From Octopus sinensis (taxonomy: Eukaryota), in assembly GCF_006345805.1 (NCBI RefSeq), contig NC_043004.1, forward strand, positions 3,782,001 through 3,846,000: DNA of 64,000 nucleotides, written 5' to 3'. Below the pieces are notes generated by a model. That model saw nothing but the letters and a program-made list of their open reading frames with translations. It was not told the DNA's origin and ran no database searches. The position numbers and the translations under genes are program-made. Below, one piece after another: positions 37,394-51,009 of the stretch (positions within the stretch are counted from its first letter, which is position 1; each line of letters opens with the position of its first letter).

Positions 37394-39994
37394 TTTTTGT
37401 TCTGTCAAGTGCATACTTGTTGCAAAGTGTCCAATGGACAAGCCTAGCTATACTGTCATGGCGTCTCTTATATTCCTTCTGGGCTAGTGGAGTGCATTGG
37501 CTGGTAACATGCCATACGGTTTCACCGTTTTTTCCACAGATTCTGCGCTTATCACTTTCTGATGTGTTGTCTGTTCTGTATTTTATGTAGTTTGTTCTTA
37601 ATGCCTGCTCTTAGGTAGCACAGATTAGAGCCTCTTTTTCCGGTTTTAGATCACTTTTAGTCATCCACAGCCATCTTTTTTCTCTGTCTTATCTTCAACA
37701 ACCCTATGAAATTGACCATGCATTCTTTTCTTTACCCACCTATTTTCAGTTTCATTCGTATTCAATTTCTTATATTGTGCTTTACCTTTGCAATCTTTTA
37801 TCCTACACAAGCCTGACCTTACTTCTAACAATAGCGGTTCTGTGGCATTTTTACATACTATGCTATGTTGTTTTCGTCTGCTCTAATGCTGTGTTCGCGT
37901 CCAATCAGTCGTCTACCCTCCTCTTTTTCTTGGTACATACAGTCTGCATGTGTCACTTTTTGGGTGGAGCGACCCATATCTAGTAAGCAACTTCCTTGTC
38001 TTTCTGTCTAAGCTGTTTAGTTCGTCTACTGTCCATGCGATTATCCCTGCTCCATATCTAAGGAGTGAAACTGCCCAGGTGTTGATAGCTTCGATCTTAT
38101 TCCGTCCATTTAATTTCGACTTAAGGATCAGTCTCAGTCTGCGTAAGTACTCCATCTTAAATTTTTCTGTCATTTCCTTCTCCATTAATTCATCCATTTC
38201 CAAAATCCCCAAGTACTTATAGCCCGTCTCTTCTATCTGCTTCCTACGACGGTATCGTTAGTCCGTCCATACATTTCATTTTGCCTCTTTTCAGTACTAA
38301 CACGCCACACTTTCTCAGTTCGAACTCCATTCTGATATCAGCACTGAACGTATACACCGTATCAACCAGGAAAATGACTTGGGCTTCACCTTCACCATAA
38401 AGTTTGAGGTCATCCATGAATAACAAATGATTGACTTTTTGCTGACGGCTTTTGAATACATACCCAGCTTTCGCTTTCCTCAGAATCAGTGTTAGTGGTA
38501 TCAAGCCCAGTACAAAGATCAGTGGGGACAGGCAGTCCTCTTGGAAGATGCCCCTCCTAATTTCTACTGTCCCTAAACTTCTTCCGTATGCTGTCAGGTC
38601 CGTCCTCCAATTCGCCATACTTTTTCCAAGCAATCGCTCAAAATTCGATGCAATCCCAAACAGGTTCATATACCCCATTATCCAAGAATGTGGGATCATA
38701 TCGTACACCTTACGATAGTCGATCCATGACATGGCTAAGTTACTTTTCCTCCTCCTGCAGTCTCTGAATACAGTTTTATCTATCAGGAGTTGATCCTTGG
38801 TACCTCCGCATTTACGCTTACAACCCTTCTGCTCATGTAGCAGGACTCCATATTTTCTAGATGTTCGTACATTGACTCTGCGAGTATTCCAGTCAATAAC
38901 TTCCACATAAGTGGCAAACAGGATATCGGCCTGTAATTGTCTACCATATTGCTTTTTTCGATGTTTTTCAGGCACAGCATTGTCCTACCCAATGTCAACC
39001 ACTCTGGTGTTACTTGGTCGGCATTTAACAAGGTGTTGAATTGTGCAGCTATTCGTGCATGACATTCACCAAATCTTTTGATCCAGTAATCTTGAACTCC
39101 ATCTGGTCCCAGGGCCTTCCAGATGCCCATTTTTTTTTTGCTGATTTTCTTCACTTCTCTAACTGAAATGACTAGTTCTGCCTGTTTTGGACCGACTACT
39201 GTTTGTTTCAGTTCTTGCAACCATTCAGCATCCTTCTTGTACTCCTTGTCTTTGCTCCAGATGTCACTCCAAAACCTTTGACTTTCAATGTTATCTGGTA
39301 TCAACTTTTCATCTGTACACCCGCCATTTATTTCTTTGTACAATCTCTTCTGATCTATTCTGAATAACCTATTCTGGTGCTAACCTTTCATTCTTTGGTC
39401 GTATCTTACCATCATTGCTTTGTTTGCAACGAGGCGCTGTTTCAGTTCCTCCACTACTACTTTCAGGCCCTTTCTTTCAATATTATACTTCCTTTTCAGC
39501 GCCCTGTATTTTTGTTCACTTTTAAGCTCACCTTTCTATTTTCGGTCTAACACAGAGATTTCCTTCGAGATTTTCTGCGACCATGAGATTGAGAATAGGA
39601 AGCCAGACATAGTCTTAATTGAGAAAGAAAACAAACTATGCTGGATCATAGATATAGCATGTCCAGCTGACAACAAGGTATGCGATAAGGAAGAAAGAAA
39701 AGTCGAGAGATATGACAGGTTAGCTTGGGAAGTTAAGCAGTTGTGGTCGATGAAAAAGGTCGCAGTAGTACCAATAATTGTCGGAGCCCTGGGAATAGTG
39801 AGCAAAAATCTCGAGAAGTACGTGGAATAAATAGGGGTTTCAATAAGAGTGGAGCACTTGTAGAAAACAGCACTGCTTGGAACCGCTCGAATACTCCGGA
39901 AGGTACTCGAAAAATAAGAGGTGTTACCTTAGTTCACTGGTAGTGAACAGCTGACACTGTAGTACATCTCCAGCATTAGAAACTGTACAAAGGC
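37392..39994. mobile_element. R4/Dong-like non-LTR retrotransposon with an inverted 5' body (minus, 37392-~39568) and a forward 3' end (plus, ~39568-39994)
   Basis: Minus strand: [43 protein letters not shown]-like thumb, CRIC..ETVWHVTSQC, RHD. Plus strand: RKPDIVL..IIDIACP..KVERY..LLGTARILRKVL, 3' UTR and (AAC/AAT)n. (TAA)n on both sides. Confidence 0.9.
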
Positions 39995-40021
39995 AATAAC
40001 AACAACAACAACAACAACAAC

Positions 40022-40064
<43 letters not shown>

Positions 40065-41337
40065 TAATAATAATAAGTACTGGGGGTCGATTCGTTCGAC
40101 TAAAATTCTTCAAGGTGGTGCCCCAGCATGGCCGCAGTCAAATGACTGACACTAGAAAAAATATAAAATGAAAGAAAAACGTACGTCTCATGAAGCCAAA
40201 GTAATTCAGTTCCAGGTGTTAGTTTGATGCAGGTAACTACTTAACCTACCTCCACCCTACGAAGAGCGAATACTTAACGCATCACCTCTTCATCTTAGTT
40301 ACCGACCCAACCTTTGGCATGTGACTTTAACCAAGTTTAGCTGTCTGTTCGTCGTGATTCCTTTTTACCTTCGTGGATGCCAGTTGAAATTATTTTTATA
40401 TTCCGATTTCTAGTTTTATTTTCTATGTTCTCATATTGATTTCTCCGTCCATGTGCAAGTTTGCGCATGTCTACAAATGCAGGTAGATTTTTCAATTTAA
40501 TAAATGACACTCATATCTAAAACCAAAGACATCCAAGTATGTAAATATGCACACGCACAAGTCGAAACGTTACAAGTGCAGTGACTGACCGTCTTTATAG
40601 GGGTGGCCAAATAAATATCAATTCTGGGTGGTGAACTAGTGAAACTGTGAGGGCCTCTGAGAGAATGTCTTGTGGCATTAGTTTTGGTTCGTTTATGTTC
40701 TCGATTTAAATTCTCCACCGACTAATTTGGGTGGTAGACTTAATCCGTCGCGGGGCTTAACACCAACACTTGATCTTTGGGTGCTAAGTATGTAAAGAGC
40801 CGGAACAAACACCGGCAAGCATTTTGTCCGCAGCCATAATGCAACTCCGAACCCTTTATTAACAAACAGATAACCGCCATAATAATTATATTTTCGTCAT
40901 CTCAGCAGGAGAGGAAGGAAGGATTTGAACCGAGAACAGAAAGTGCCGAAACGAATGTCACAATGTAAATTTTTCCCGACGCTTTAGCGAGACTGCATGG
41001 CTGGGGTCGATCGTTCGTTATCTTAATGCAATTTACTCGACTACAAACAGCAACAACAACAACAACAACAAATCGGTTGAAAAAAAAAACGTAATTGCAA
41101 AGGAAGTTGTGCTTATCGGAATTATCATAATCAATAGTTCATTATTTTCAGGGAGAAATAAATCAATAATAAAAAAATAATAATGATAATAAAGTAGTGA
41201 AATAACAAAATAATAATAAAATAATGAAATTGAAATTCTGATTATTTAATAAGAATTCTATACTTTAAATGGAAATATTTGCACTTAAGACTTTGGAATT
41301 AAAAAACGAACAGGAAAACATTAACAATTACAATTAA

Positions 41338-41381
<44 letters not shown>

Positions 41382-41399
41382 TGCATAAGTACGTACATA

Positions 41400-41520
41400 C
41401 ATACATACAAAAATATCCTGTTGTTGATGTTGAAATTCCAATGAAGGAGCCTTGGATCTAGGTTAGAAACCGGTTCTTTCTCTATTGGCAAGAAATCTTG
41501 ATATAAACTGAATATTGACA
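41400..41520. mobile_element. Short interspersed repeat fragment embedded in (TACA)n
   Basis: Non-repetitive 120-bp island between (TACA)n tracts that resembles a LINE 3' tail; family not assigned. Confidence 0.4.
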
Positions 41521-42176
41521 TACATACATACATAAATACATACATACATACATACATAAATACATACATACATACATACATACATACATAAATACATACA
41601 TACATACATACATACATACATACATACATACATACATACATACATACATACATACATTAAACATCCAGGAAAAAGAGAATATCTATAGCGAATTACTGCG
41701 CCACTTACAGCTCCTGCACCTTGACTATAAATTCTCATAGATGCATTAGGATATGTACCTTCAGATTTACACAAAACCCTAGAAATTCTAGATTTTTCGA
41801 AGAAAAATAAAACAAAAACAAAAAAGAACTGACGCAGATTTTCCAAATCCAACGTATTAGTGGCACAGTGAAGATTTGTGAGTCATTCCTAAAATTCTTC
41901 TTCTGAGATTCTTTAGATGAAGAGATGCATACACTTGGGTGTGTGTATCGACAGTTCAACCAACACACCAACTCAACCACACATTCACAAACACCGGGAT
42001 CTCAACTGAAAAAGTCTTGTCGTGTTGTTAGCGATCGGCTTGAATTCTCTCAAGAAGAACTTAAATAAAGCTCGAAGTAAAAACATACATTTATACACAT
42101 CTGTTTGGTCTCATTTATAGCTTTTAATATATAACGACAGAAACATTAAATTAAAGGCCCTCTAAATACTTTTCGT

Positions 42177-42690
42177 GGAGGCGCGTGGCTTACTGGTTAG
42201 AGTGTCAGCATCATGATCGTAAGATTGTGGTTTCGATTCCTGGACCGGGTGACGCATTGTGTTCTTGAGCAAAACACTTCATTTCACGTTGCTCCAGTCC
42301 ACTCAGTTGGCAAAAATGAGTAGCGCTGCGATGGACTGGCGTCCCGTCCAGTTAGGGAACACATACGCCATTGAAACCGGGAAACTGGGCCATGAGTCTG
42401 ACTAGGCTTTAAAAGGGCGCATTTATTTAGTAGAAGCGCGAGGCTTAGTGGTTAGGGTTTCAGCACCATGATCGTATGATTGTGGTTTCGATTCCTGGAC
42501 CAGGCGACGGATTGTGCTCTTGGACAAAACACTTCATTTCACATTGCTCCACTCCACTCAGTTGGCAAAAATGAGTAACGCTGCGATGGACTGGCTTCCC
42601 GTCCAGCTGGGGAACACATACGCCATAGAAACCGGGAAACCGGGCCCCTGAGCCTGGCTAGGCTTTAAAAGGGCGCATTTATTTTATTTC
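42177..42690 (+). mobile_element. Head-to-tail dimer of a tRNA-headed SINE with a V-SINE-like domain
   Basis: Two ~252-bp units (42177-42428, 42431-42690), each with ggtttcgattcc B box, gctgcgatggactggcgtcccgtccag and tail ctttaaaagggcgcatttattt. Confidence 0.85.
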
Positions 42691-42828
42691 AATACTTTTC
42701 AGTTGATATTTCTCAACGCCTTTGTTTTTACAGGTGAAAGGCTCACAACTATTTGAAAGTTTTGGTTATGTCTGAGAAGACCACAGAGCTGGAACTTCGT
42801 GGTTACTGTCAAACTTTTTCCTTGTCAC

Positions 42829-42892
<64 letters not shown>

Positions 42893-42895
<3 letters not shown>

Positions 42896-43440
42896 GCCCT
42901 GATGCAGTACCAGGCGTTGGCTCGCATGGCTTCTGATTGGAAGTGTTATCATGTACATTGTTTTGTCTTGGTATAAAAAATGGGCTACAGCAAATATTCT
43001 TCTCAATATCACAGATTTGCTTGTCAGTTGTTTGACCTTAACCAGTTGGCCATGTTCCTTAGTGGCTGACGATATGTGCATCTCTGATCACGAGCAGAAG
43101 TAGTGGGAGAGCATCACAGCCATGTGTTGAGAGGGATTCTTTGGGGTTTGAATAATTTACCTCTGGAAACATGGGTGTTTCATTCAACATCCTTAAACAA
43201 CCCTTATTCAGGGACCTTTTGAGCGGGATGGGTTACTCGACCAGAAGAAAATTCTATCTGGGCCCCACCTGCAAGGTCATGTGCTATTTATCTTCATATA
43301 AGCTCACCATGTCGAGCACATATGGTTGTGATGCATGTGCCTGGTGTACCCTTATCAGACGGGTAGTCGTGATGGGTATGCTGAGCCTTGTATATTTTAC
43401 CCCAGTGTCACTTTGATGGCATGTACTGCTCTCTCACTCA
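42893..43440 (+). mobile_element. Unclassified ~550-bp interspersed repeat flanked by (TAA)n
   Basis: Homologous to 22602-23043 and to the split remnant at 19225-19258/20561-20599; no ORF, no TIR. Confidence 0.8.
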
Positions 43441-43449
43441 ATAATAATA

Positions 43450-43484
<35 letters not shown>

Positions 43485-43529
43485 TAATAATAATAACAAC
43501 AACAACAACAACAACAATAATAATAATAC

Positions 43530-43727
43530 TTTCTATTACAGGCAGTATGCATGAAATTTTTGGGGAGGGATGTAGGTAGATTACATCGATCCCCATCGTG
43601 TAATTGGTACTTATTTCATTGGCCGCGAAAGGATGAAAGGCTAAGTCGACCTTGGTGGAATTTGAACTCAGAACGTATTTTACCGCCGCCGCCCGGTACA
43701 CTAACGATTCTGCCAGCTGGCCCCTTA
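43530..43727 (-). mobile_element. SINE family B
   Basis: aaaggatgaaaggctaagtcgacc...gaatttgaactcagaacg, reverse complement of the 3961-4175 type. Confidence 0.75.
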
Positions 43728-44552
43728 AACACGGCAATGATATTGGTAGTAATATAAAGAACACTTCCATTGAAACAAATGGAAATGCGATGCTTCCTCC
43801 GCATACATACACGAACACACACACACACACATACACACACGGACACATACACATACGCACACAAGCAGACGCAGACGTGCGCACACATACATGCACACAC
43901 ACATATACGTAGACGCAGACGCGCGTGCATTCACACGCATACACACACACATGCACACACATACACACACTCAGCCGCACATACACACACTCAGCCGCAC
44001 ATACACACACACACGCAGACTCATACGCACACGTACACGCACATACACACGCAGACACACACACACACATACACACGCAAACACAAACGCACACGCACAC
44101 ACACACACACACGCACAATTACGCATAAAACGAAAACGAGCTGATAGAGATAGCTGAGAGTGGCCGGTGACACATATTTGAACAGCAAAGATGAATATGG
44201 GTCTATCAAATAATATACAAAATACATTATTGAATTATTAGAAATGTCTTCGCTCCCGGGGAGCTAACTCAAGAATCATGAATCCTCCAAAATTGACTTG
44301 CCATTTAAGAAAAGGATTTTGATTATTTGAAGAGACGAAGACAGCTGTAGACACGTTTCTTCCTCAAAAAGCGTCATCAGCACAACAAATATATATTATT
44401 GTACTAACACTTTACACTTTAAAAAGCAAATACACTCTCTTCACTGAGTTAACAAAACATCATCTCTTTTTGTCTGTCTGTCTCTCCCTCCCTTTCTATG
44501 TGTGTCTGTATATTTAATGTATGGCATAGCATTATATAGATGAAAGTGTTGG

Positions 44553-44616
<64 letters not shown>

Positions 44617-45164
44617 ACATAAAAAAAGGACATACGTATATATGTGTACCTATGTTTACGTACATACACATATACACAGAAATGTTGATATAAAACAATT
44701 TAATTTCCTGCTCATCGCCTCCCCCCGCACCACCACCACCACCGCTCACTGGGTGACTAATTGACACTTAACAATCAACAGTATCGCTCACTGCTACCAA
44801 GCGAAGGACATCAAAGCTATTGATTTCAAAGGATGAGGAAATGAGAGTTATACAGTTGCCGTTTTCTTCAAGAGTATCAACAGAGAAATGGCTTCTGACT
44901 GTAATCGATTATTACGGCCATTGACATAGCTGTGTGGTTATGCTGTCCCTTTGTAATCTCGCTGTTCTGGCATCACTGCACGTCGCCACGCATTTCTATC
45001 TTCTAGAATAGGCTGCGATTGTTGCAGTAGTTACTTAGGAGTAAAATTTGGTTGATGGAAACTACGCAAAGCCCAGTTATATAGGCATCTCTGATGAGGC
45101 CCAAATAAGGAGCGAGAACCGAAATCTGTTCTTTTGTTTTTCACACACACACACACTCACACAA

Positions 45165-45197
<33 letters not shown>

Positions 45198-45290
45198 TGC
45201 ATACATGGTGGCTGTCCCCTCGTTATCGAGTATGGCCATTGCACAATGCTTAATCAATGTTATTATCGTGCAATGCCTGTGCAAGAACAT

Positions 45291-45322
<32 letters not shown>

Positions 45323-46262
45323 CATACATACATACATACATACATACATACATACATACATACATACATACATACATACATACATACATACATACATACA
45401 GGCACACGCACACATGGGCAAGCACAAGCTACGGGATTTCTGATAATTCAAGAATTCATTTTGTATGTTATTTGCTATACCCATATTCATTTTTGCAATT
45501 CAAATACGTGTCACCGGCCACTCTGTGCTATTTCTGTGAGTTCATTTTCTCATTTACTGAGAAATAATTAATTTTGCCATATGTGTATGTTTGCTACGTA
45601 GTTTTACATATACATTATATCTTGATACTGTCTGAGATTCCCGTTCACATCCCGCTGATATTAAACCGTTAAATACTACAGTATGTGAATTAGAAGCTTC
45701 AATTCTCTGGAGCTACGGTATTTGGTGTGTGTATGTCTAGTACAGAGGTTTGCATATGGATGGATGGATGGATGTGCGCAAATTAGCCGAGTCGTTAGAG
45801 TGTATGATGGAATGTCTTGTGGTATTTGTTCTGATTCGATTCTCTGCGCCTTGAGATCAAATCCCTCTAAGGTCAAATTTAATTTTCCTCCTTTCAGAGT
45901 TGATAAAGAAAGTACGAGTCCAGGACGATGGACCGGAAGACGAATTGTTCGAACATTGGACTGGATCTCCTTCTGTTTCCGTTCCTGTTTCTATACATTC
46001 TGCGATGAAATTCCGCCCCGTCACCATAAAACAATGTAAAGCATTTCTGTCAGGAGTTATAACCGACAGATTGTATTAGAACTTAGAAGTAAACAATGGA
46101 AACTTAGTCTTAGTCTGAAAAGATTTACCCCACCCCTTACACACACATATATACACATAGACAAATATATATTCATATATACATACACGGGTCTCAAACC
46201 ATTCCTTTGTTTTTGTTTTTTTTCTATAACTTATCATTGTTTCGACGTCTATTTATAATGTA

Positions 46263-46459
46263 TTAATTCATTACCAGTCTCTTAATTACGGGTGAAAAAT
46301 CGTTCTGTTTCACTGCTCGTTCGTAAGACTTTTCTAGGGGAAGAACTGTGTCGTCATCAATTTCACTGCGTATGGCCCGTTGATCTAATCCTCTTGAAAG
46401 GATTTTCATCAACTGTTCGTCACGGTTTGACACATCCATCGAACTTCTTTTACCATTTC
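46263..46459 (-). CDS. Coding exon (G)NGKRSSMDVSNRDEQLMKILSRGLDQRAIRSEIDDDTVLPLEKSYERAVKQNDFSPVIKRLVMN*; probable C-terminal exon of a GGNG/excitatory peptide (CCHamide-related) precursor
   Basis: Strong acceptor tttttcttctatttcag| followed by a phase-1 G|GA AAT GGT AAA AGA (G-N-G-K-R: amidation Gly plus dibasic site). Non-repetitive 197-nt open frame in TE-poor DNA, with an acidic spacer and a second KR. Confidence 0.6.
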
Positions 46460-49171
46460 CTGAAATAGAAGAAAAATATATATAGATGTATAAATAAATA
46501 CAGAAAAAGAACAATGCGGTCAAAATCTATGGAAACTGGCGCTAATGAAGAAAACCTTACATTATCAATTTGCCTGTAAGAAATAGCAACCAAATCCTCT
46601 AAAAATCACACCATATCTTCTTCAGAAAGATCAGGCATATTGGATAATGTTCTCTGAAATGCATTATAACTAAGAGATGGTCACGAATGGAACGCTGGTT
46701 GTCATCATTAACATATCCGATCAGAGATGGACTGGAGCTAAAACAATAATAACAAGATCAACAACATAATAGGCAAATGAAGCATGGACGCCCTTTGTGG
46801 TTACTTGATTTGCCTGAAATAACAGTCAAATCTTCCACTAACCAAACTCCAACGGTCTTTAAGTCCTTAAACGTTTTAAATAAATATACAAAGTAATCCT
46901 CGCTGGAAAAAGTCAATGATGTGATTTCACCGCGTGTTATCTCTCCGTGGACAGAAAAAGGAATCTATTTCACTAATCTCGCTGAAAGATCGTCCATTTT
47001 CCGTCTACTTTTTACAGCGTTACTAAAATGCATATGTATTAAAAAATTATATACCTTATGTTTCAAATAATCTAAAATAAATTCCACCGTTTCGTGCACT
47101 ATACTTAAGCCCTTCCTCCCGATATATATATATATATATACCGTCTTGCCCCTCTAACTGGTAATTAACATCATGATTTAAAGTCTTCTCCTACCCAACC
47201 TCTTTTTATAGACAGTTACTTATATCCAACTGACTACTCCTAATGTCTTATTTCCTCCCTAAGTAAAAGGGATACATATGATAATATTCATGACCGTACC
47301 TAGCCATGAGCTATCAACTCACTCTTGTCTTATATTCGAAATAGACACAGCCTTCTTGTTTTAGATTTAGTAGTTGATAAAGAGATAAATGAGTTAGAAA
47401 TGAATTACAATCCCTTACAATACTATGACCCCAATAGTCTTCATGTGATTCTTGGAAGTGTAGTCTATTCTTAGCTACAATAACGACAACATGAATTTCT
47501 TCCACATTCTTGCTCTGTTAAAATATTTGAGAAAAATTATATTAATGTGTCCTACATGTTAAAATTCTATTTATTTATTTGTGCAGCTGAAGATGGTATT
47601 GTATTTAAATTGATGTAATGATTGCATTAATCAATTAAATGGAGCCGCTTGAAACGGTCGTACTGCATCACTACTTGATATCCTGTTGCTTATTTTGATT
47701 ATATATATATATATATTTAATGTATAGAACGTAACGATACGAGCTAATAACAATCTCTTGCATAGTTGACGCGGGTTTAGACAGATTTTTCTAACATACC
47801 TTGTGCCTCTGCACGATCTTTGGGCTCTGAGCACATGGTATATTCAATTTACAAATCAGGAGACTGGTATAAAAGGAATCACGAGAAAAAAAAACGAGAA
47901 GAAGGTAGATGCAAATTGTGGAAGGGTGAATAAAAGCATCAAAAGAATGAAAATGTCCCTTTTGACCGCAAATCCACAATTAAGCTAGTTGTAGAATAAT
48001 TCCTCGGAAAGGGGTCCAAAGTCTGCAAGATGGCTGCTCAGTCCGGTGAGGGTGGTGTCTCCTAGTTTGCTAAAAGAAATTTGTCCATATGTTTGCATTT
48101 GCTGGAAATTTTGGATCTGGAATTCAGTAGTGATGTGGGATTCTTAGCTCTAAAAGGAATATATGACCTTTCAGCTTCGCCTAAGTTGCATTTCTTAGAT
48201 CCATGCCATGCGTGGCAATCCAGTTTCGTGGGTTAACTTTTGTCGATATGCCAATGAAGTTTGAAGAATAACTCCACATATATGTTCTTAGAAATTCTAG
48301 ACAACACATCAACGCGACACACATTAACGAATTCAAACAGACGTACATATATAAATACATTAGGTTATACAGTTTATTAGTTTCGTGAGCTTTGAAAATG
48401 ACAAAAAGTGAAACTATCTCCATTAATCGATGCGAAAGTATAAAAACCATGTTCTGCGGGTCAGACACGGTGTTAACTGAACAATTTCCTTGACATAATG
48501 AATGATTAACTTTATTTGCATATTTTTATTTCTGTTGGCGACTTCTTCAATAATTTTCTCTTTGATCACTTGTAATTTCAGAAATGATTGCGCACCTTAG
48601 TTGACTGTCTGCCACTCTACAAATAACGTTTGTCATATTAAAACCGATATAAATTTTGATTCTTACCTTAAAAAGGTGATACATTATTTTCATTATTTAT
48701 GCTATTTCTTTACAAACCTTTCCCACCCCCAAAGAAGAAGCCCGGTGGTTTCTTTACGAGAGCAGAAAAGTTGTTAGAAAGTTAGACTACACATCAATAA
48801 AATTTAAGACTAAAGTGCCGGGGCACGTAGACAAGAAATGAGATGAATTAATAATATACGCACAAACACTCATAAACAGACTCATAAAAACAGTCACACG
48901 CACGTATATGTGCACATATATAGTATGTATATGTGTGTGTGTATATATATAAATATATAAATATATGTATGCATATATATATGTATGTATATATGTTTGT
49001 ATATATGTATGTATGTATATATACATATATATCTGTTTGTATATATGTATGTATGTATATACATATATATATGTATATATATATATATATGTATGTATAT
49101 ATGTATGTATGTATATACATATATATATGTATATATATATGTATATATATATGTATGTATGTGTGTGTGTG

Positions 49172-49206
<35 letters not shown>

Positions 49207-49351
49207 CATCTATGAGTGTATGCAAACGTGTATATATTCATACAACAATAAACTGCTTCCGTCCGAACTTCTGTACGGCGCACACACAGATTTTCAAATT
49301 GCTGCTGTAAAGTGTAGAAGTGGGTCACTTACATCAACCAATCGAATCACA

Positions 49352-49474
<123 letters not shown>

Positions 49475-50609
49475 CGCACACATACATAAAACGTCGCACG
49501 ATTGTAGAAAGGGCTCGAACTAGACAGGCTAAATCTTATTGATTTCTTTCCGAGACTAAATGAGAATTAGACAGCAAGGTATAGATGATTGGGAACAAAC
49601 CATCCCAGTGTAACAATCAGTACACTATAATAGCAATCAAAAATAAAAATACTGTGAATGACTGGTATATTTTAAAGCTAAACAAAAGACACAGATCTGG
49701 GAAACAAATCTTGAATATAAAAAAGAAAAAACTATAAAAATTGGTGGGTTACTGAGAGTTAAAGGAAATCGCTTTCGTTATTTTATTATCAATTTCAGCT
49801 CGAAAGCTGCGGCCATTCTGGGGCTACACTTTCACTACTTGAAACCGCCTCTGATATGTGGCATTTGGTTGTGAGAGAGTCTGATGCTGTTACTGAAATG
49901 GAGGAAATGAGTTTTGTAACAAGCAAACAAGAACAGTGGCGAATTAAAATAAAGGGGTTTTGATAATACTAATAAAGTGTAAAGGAATCAAATGTGGGTT
50001 CTGGAAACTAAATTGTCCTTTGTATGTAAGAGGGACAGCTTTAAAGGGGAGGTAATTAACACAGTAAGTTACCCTGTGGCGAAGAATCAGTTTCCAAACA
50101 GTTTTTCGAAGTTCCAAAGGGGCAGATAAAAAATGGAATGGTTAAAAAAAGATAAAAACTAAAAATAAATGATCTATTTGGGAATTTCTGTGTCAGGGAA
50201 GCTGTTGTATTTCTATTCTTCTAAAAACCATTTGATGAATAGGCGACGCCGGGTGGGGTTGTGTATCGCTCGCTGTAATTATTAAAAGCAACCCGAATAC
50301 GGTTTAGACATGAATAGGCTAATCTTATTAAGACTGTAATTAATGATAATTAATGAATGTGCATGTGTGCGCGCGTGTATATATATATATATATACACCT
50401 TATTTCACAATATGCTACAGGTTGTAGTTCACAATATGCTACAGTATATAGAATGGCTCACTTCGAAGTTTACATCAAATATTTACACCGTTCTTCTAAT
50501 ATATTACGGGTTCCTGTGGTCCCTAAATCCATTTCATGCTATGCTGAACGTCCTCGAAGAACAACGTTTTTATTGTTTATACTTAAGGACGTACTAAACC
50601 ACTGGTATT

Positions 50610-51009
50610 CTTTTCTACTCTAGGCACAAGGCCCGAACTTTTGGAGGTGGGGGCCAGTCGATTAGATCGACCCCAGTACTCAACTGATACTTGATTTATT
50701 GACCCCGATAGGATGAAAGGTAAAAATCGACCTCGGCGGGATTTGAACTCAGAACGTAACGGCAGACGAAATACCTATTTCTTTACTACCCACAAGGGGC
50801 TAAACACAGAGAGGACAAACAAGGACAGACAAACGGATTAAGTCCATTATATTGACCCCAGTGCGTAACTGGTACTTATTTAATCGACCCCGAAAGGATG
50901 AAAGCCAAAGTCGACCTCGGCGGAATTTGAACTCAGAACGTAGCGGCAAACGAAATACCGCTAAGTATTTCGCCCGGCGCATTAACGTTTCTGTCAACTC
51001 GCCGCCTTT
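50610..51009 (-). mobile_element. Composite or nested pair of family B SINEs
   Basis: Core gaaaggatgaaag..gacctcggcgg..tttgaactcagaacgta..gaaatac occurs twice (about 50700-50775 and 50890-50958). Confidence 0.85.

Noticed and set aside
39420-39830. 136-aa plus-strand ORF with a hydrophobic N-terminus as a host secreted protein
   Set aside because: The N-terminus is antisense R4 sequence read across the inversion junction into the endonuclease domain; a chimeric artefact of the rearrangement.
42177-42250. tRNA-like sequences (also at 2460, 34390, 36965, 52150 and 53305)
   Set aside because: A/B-box-like heads run straight into SINE bodies and lack a complete cloverleaf; these are SINE heads, not tRNA genes.
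45091-45124. CTGATGA...GAAA hammerhead-like spacing
   Set aside because: Stem II has only 2 bp, there is no stem I partner or NUH in register, and it is single-copy.
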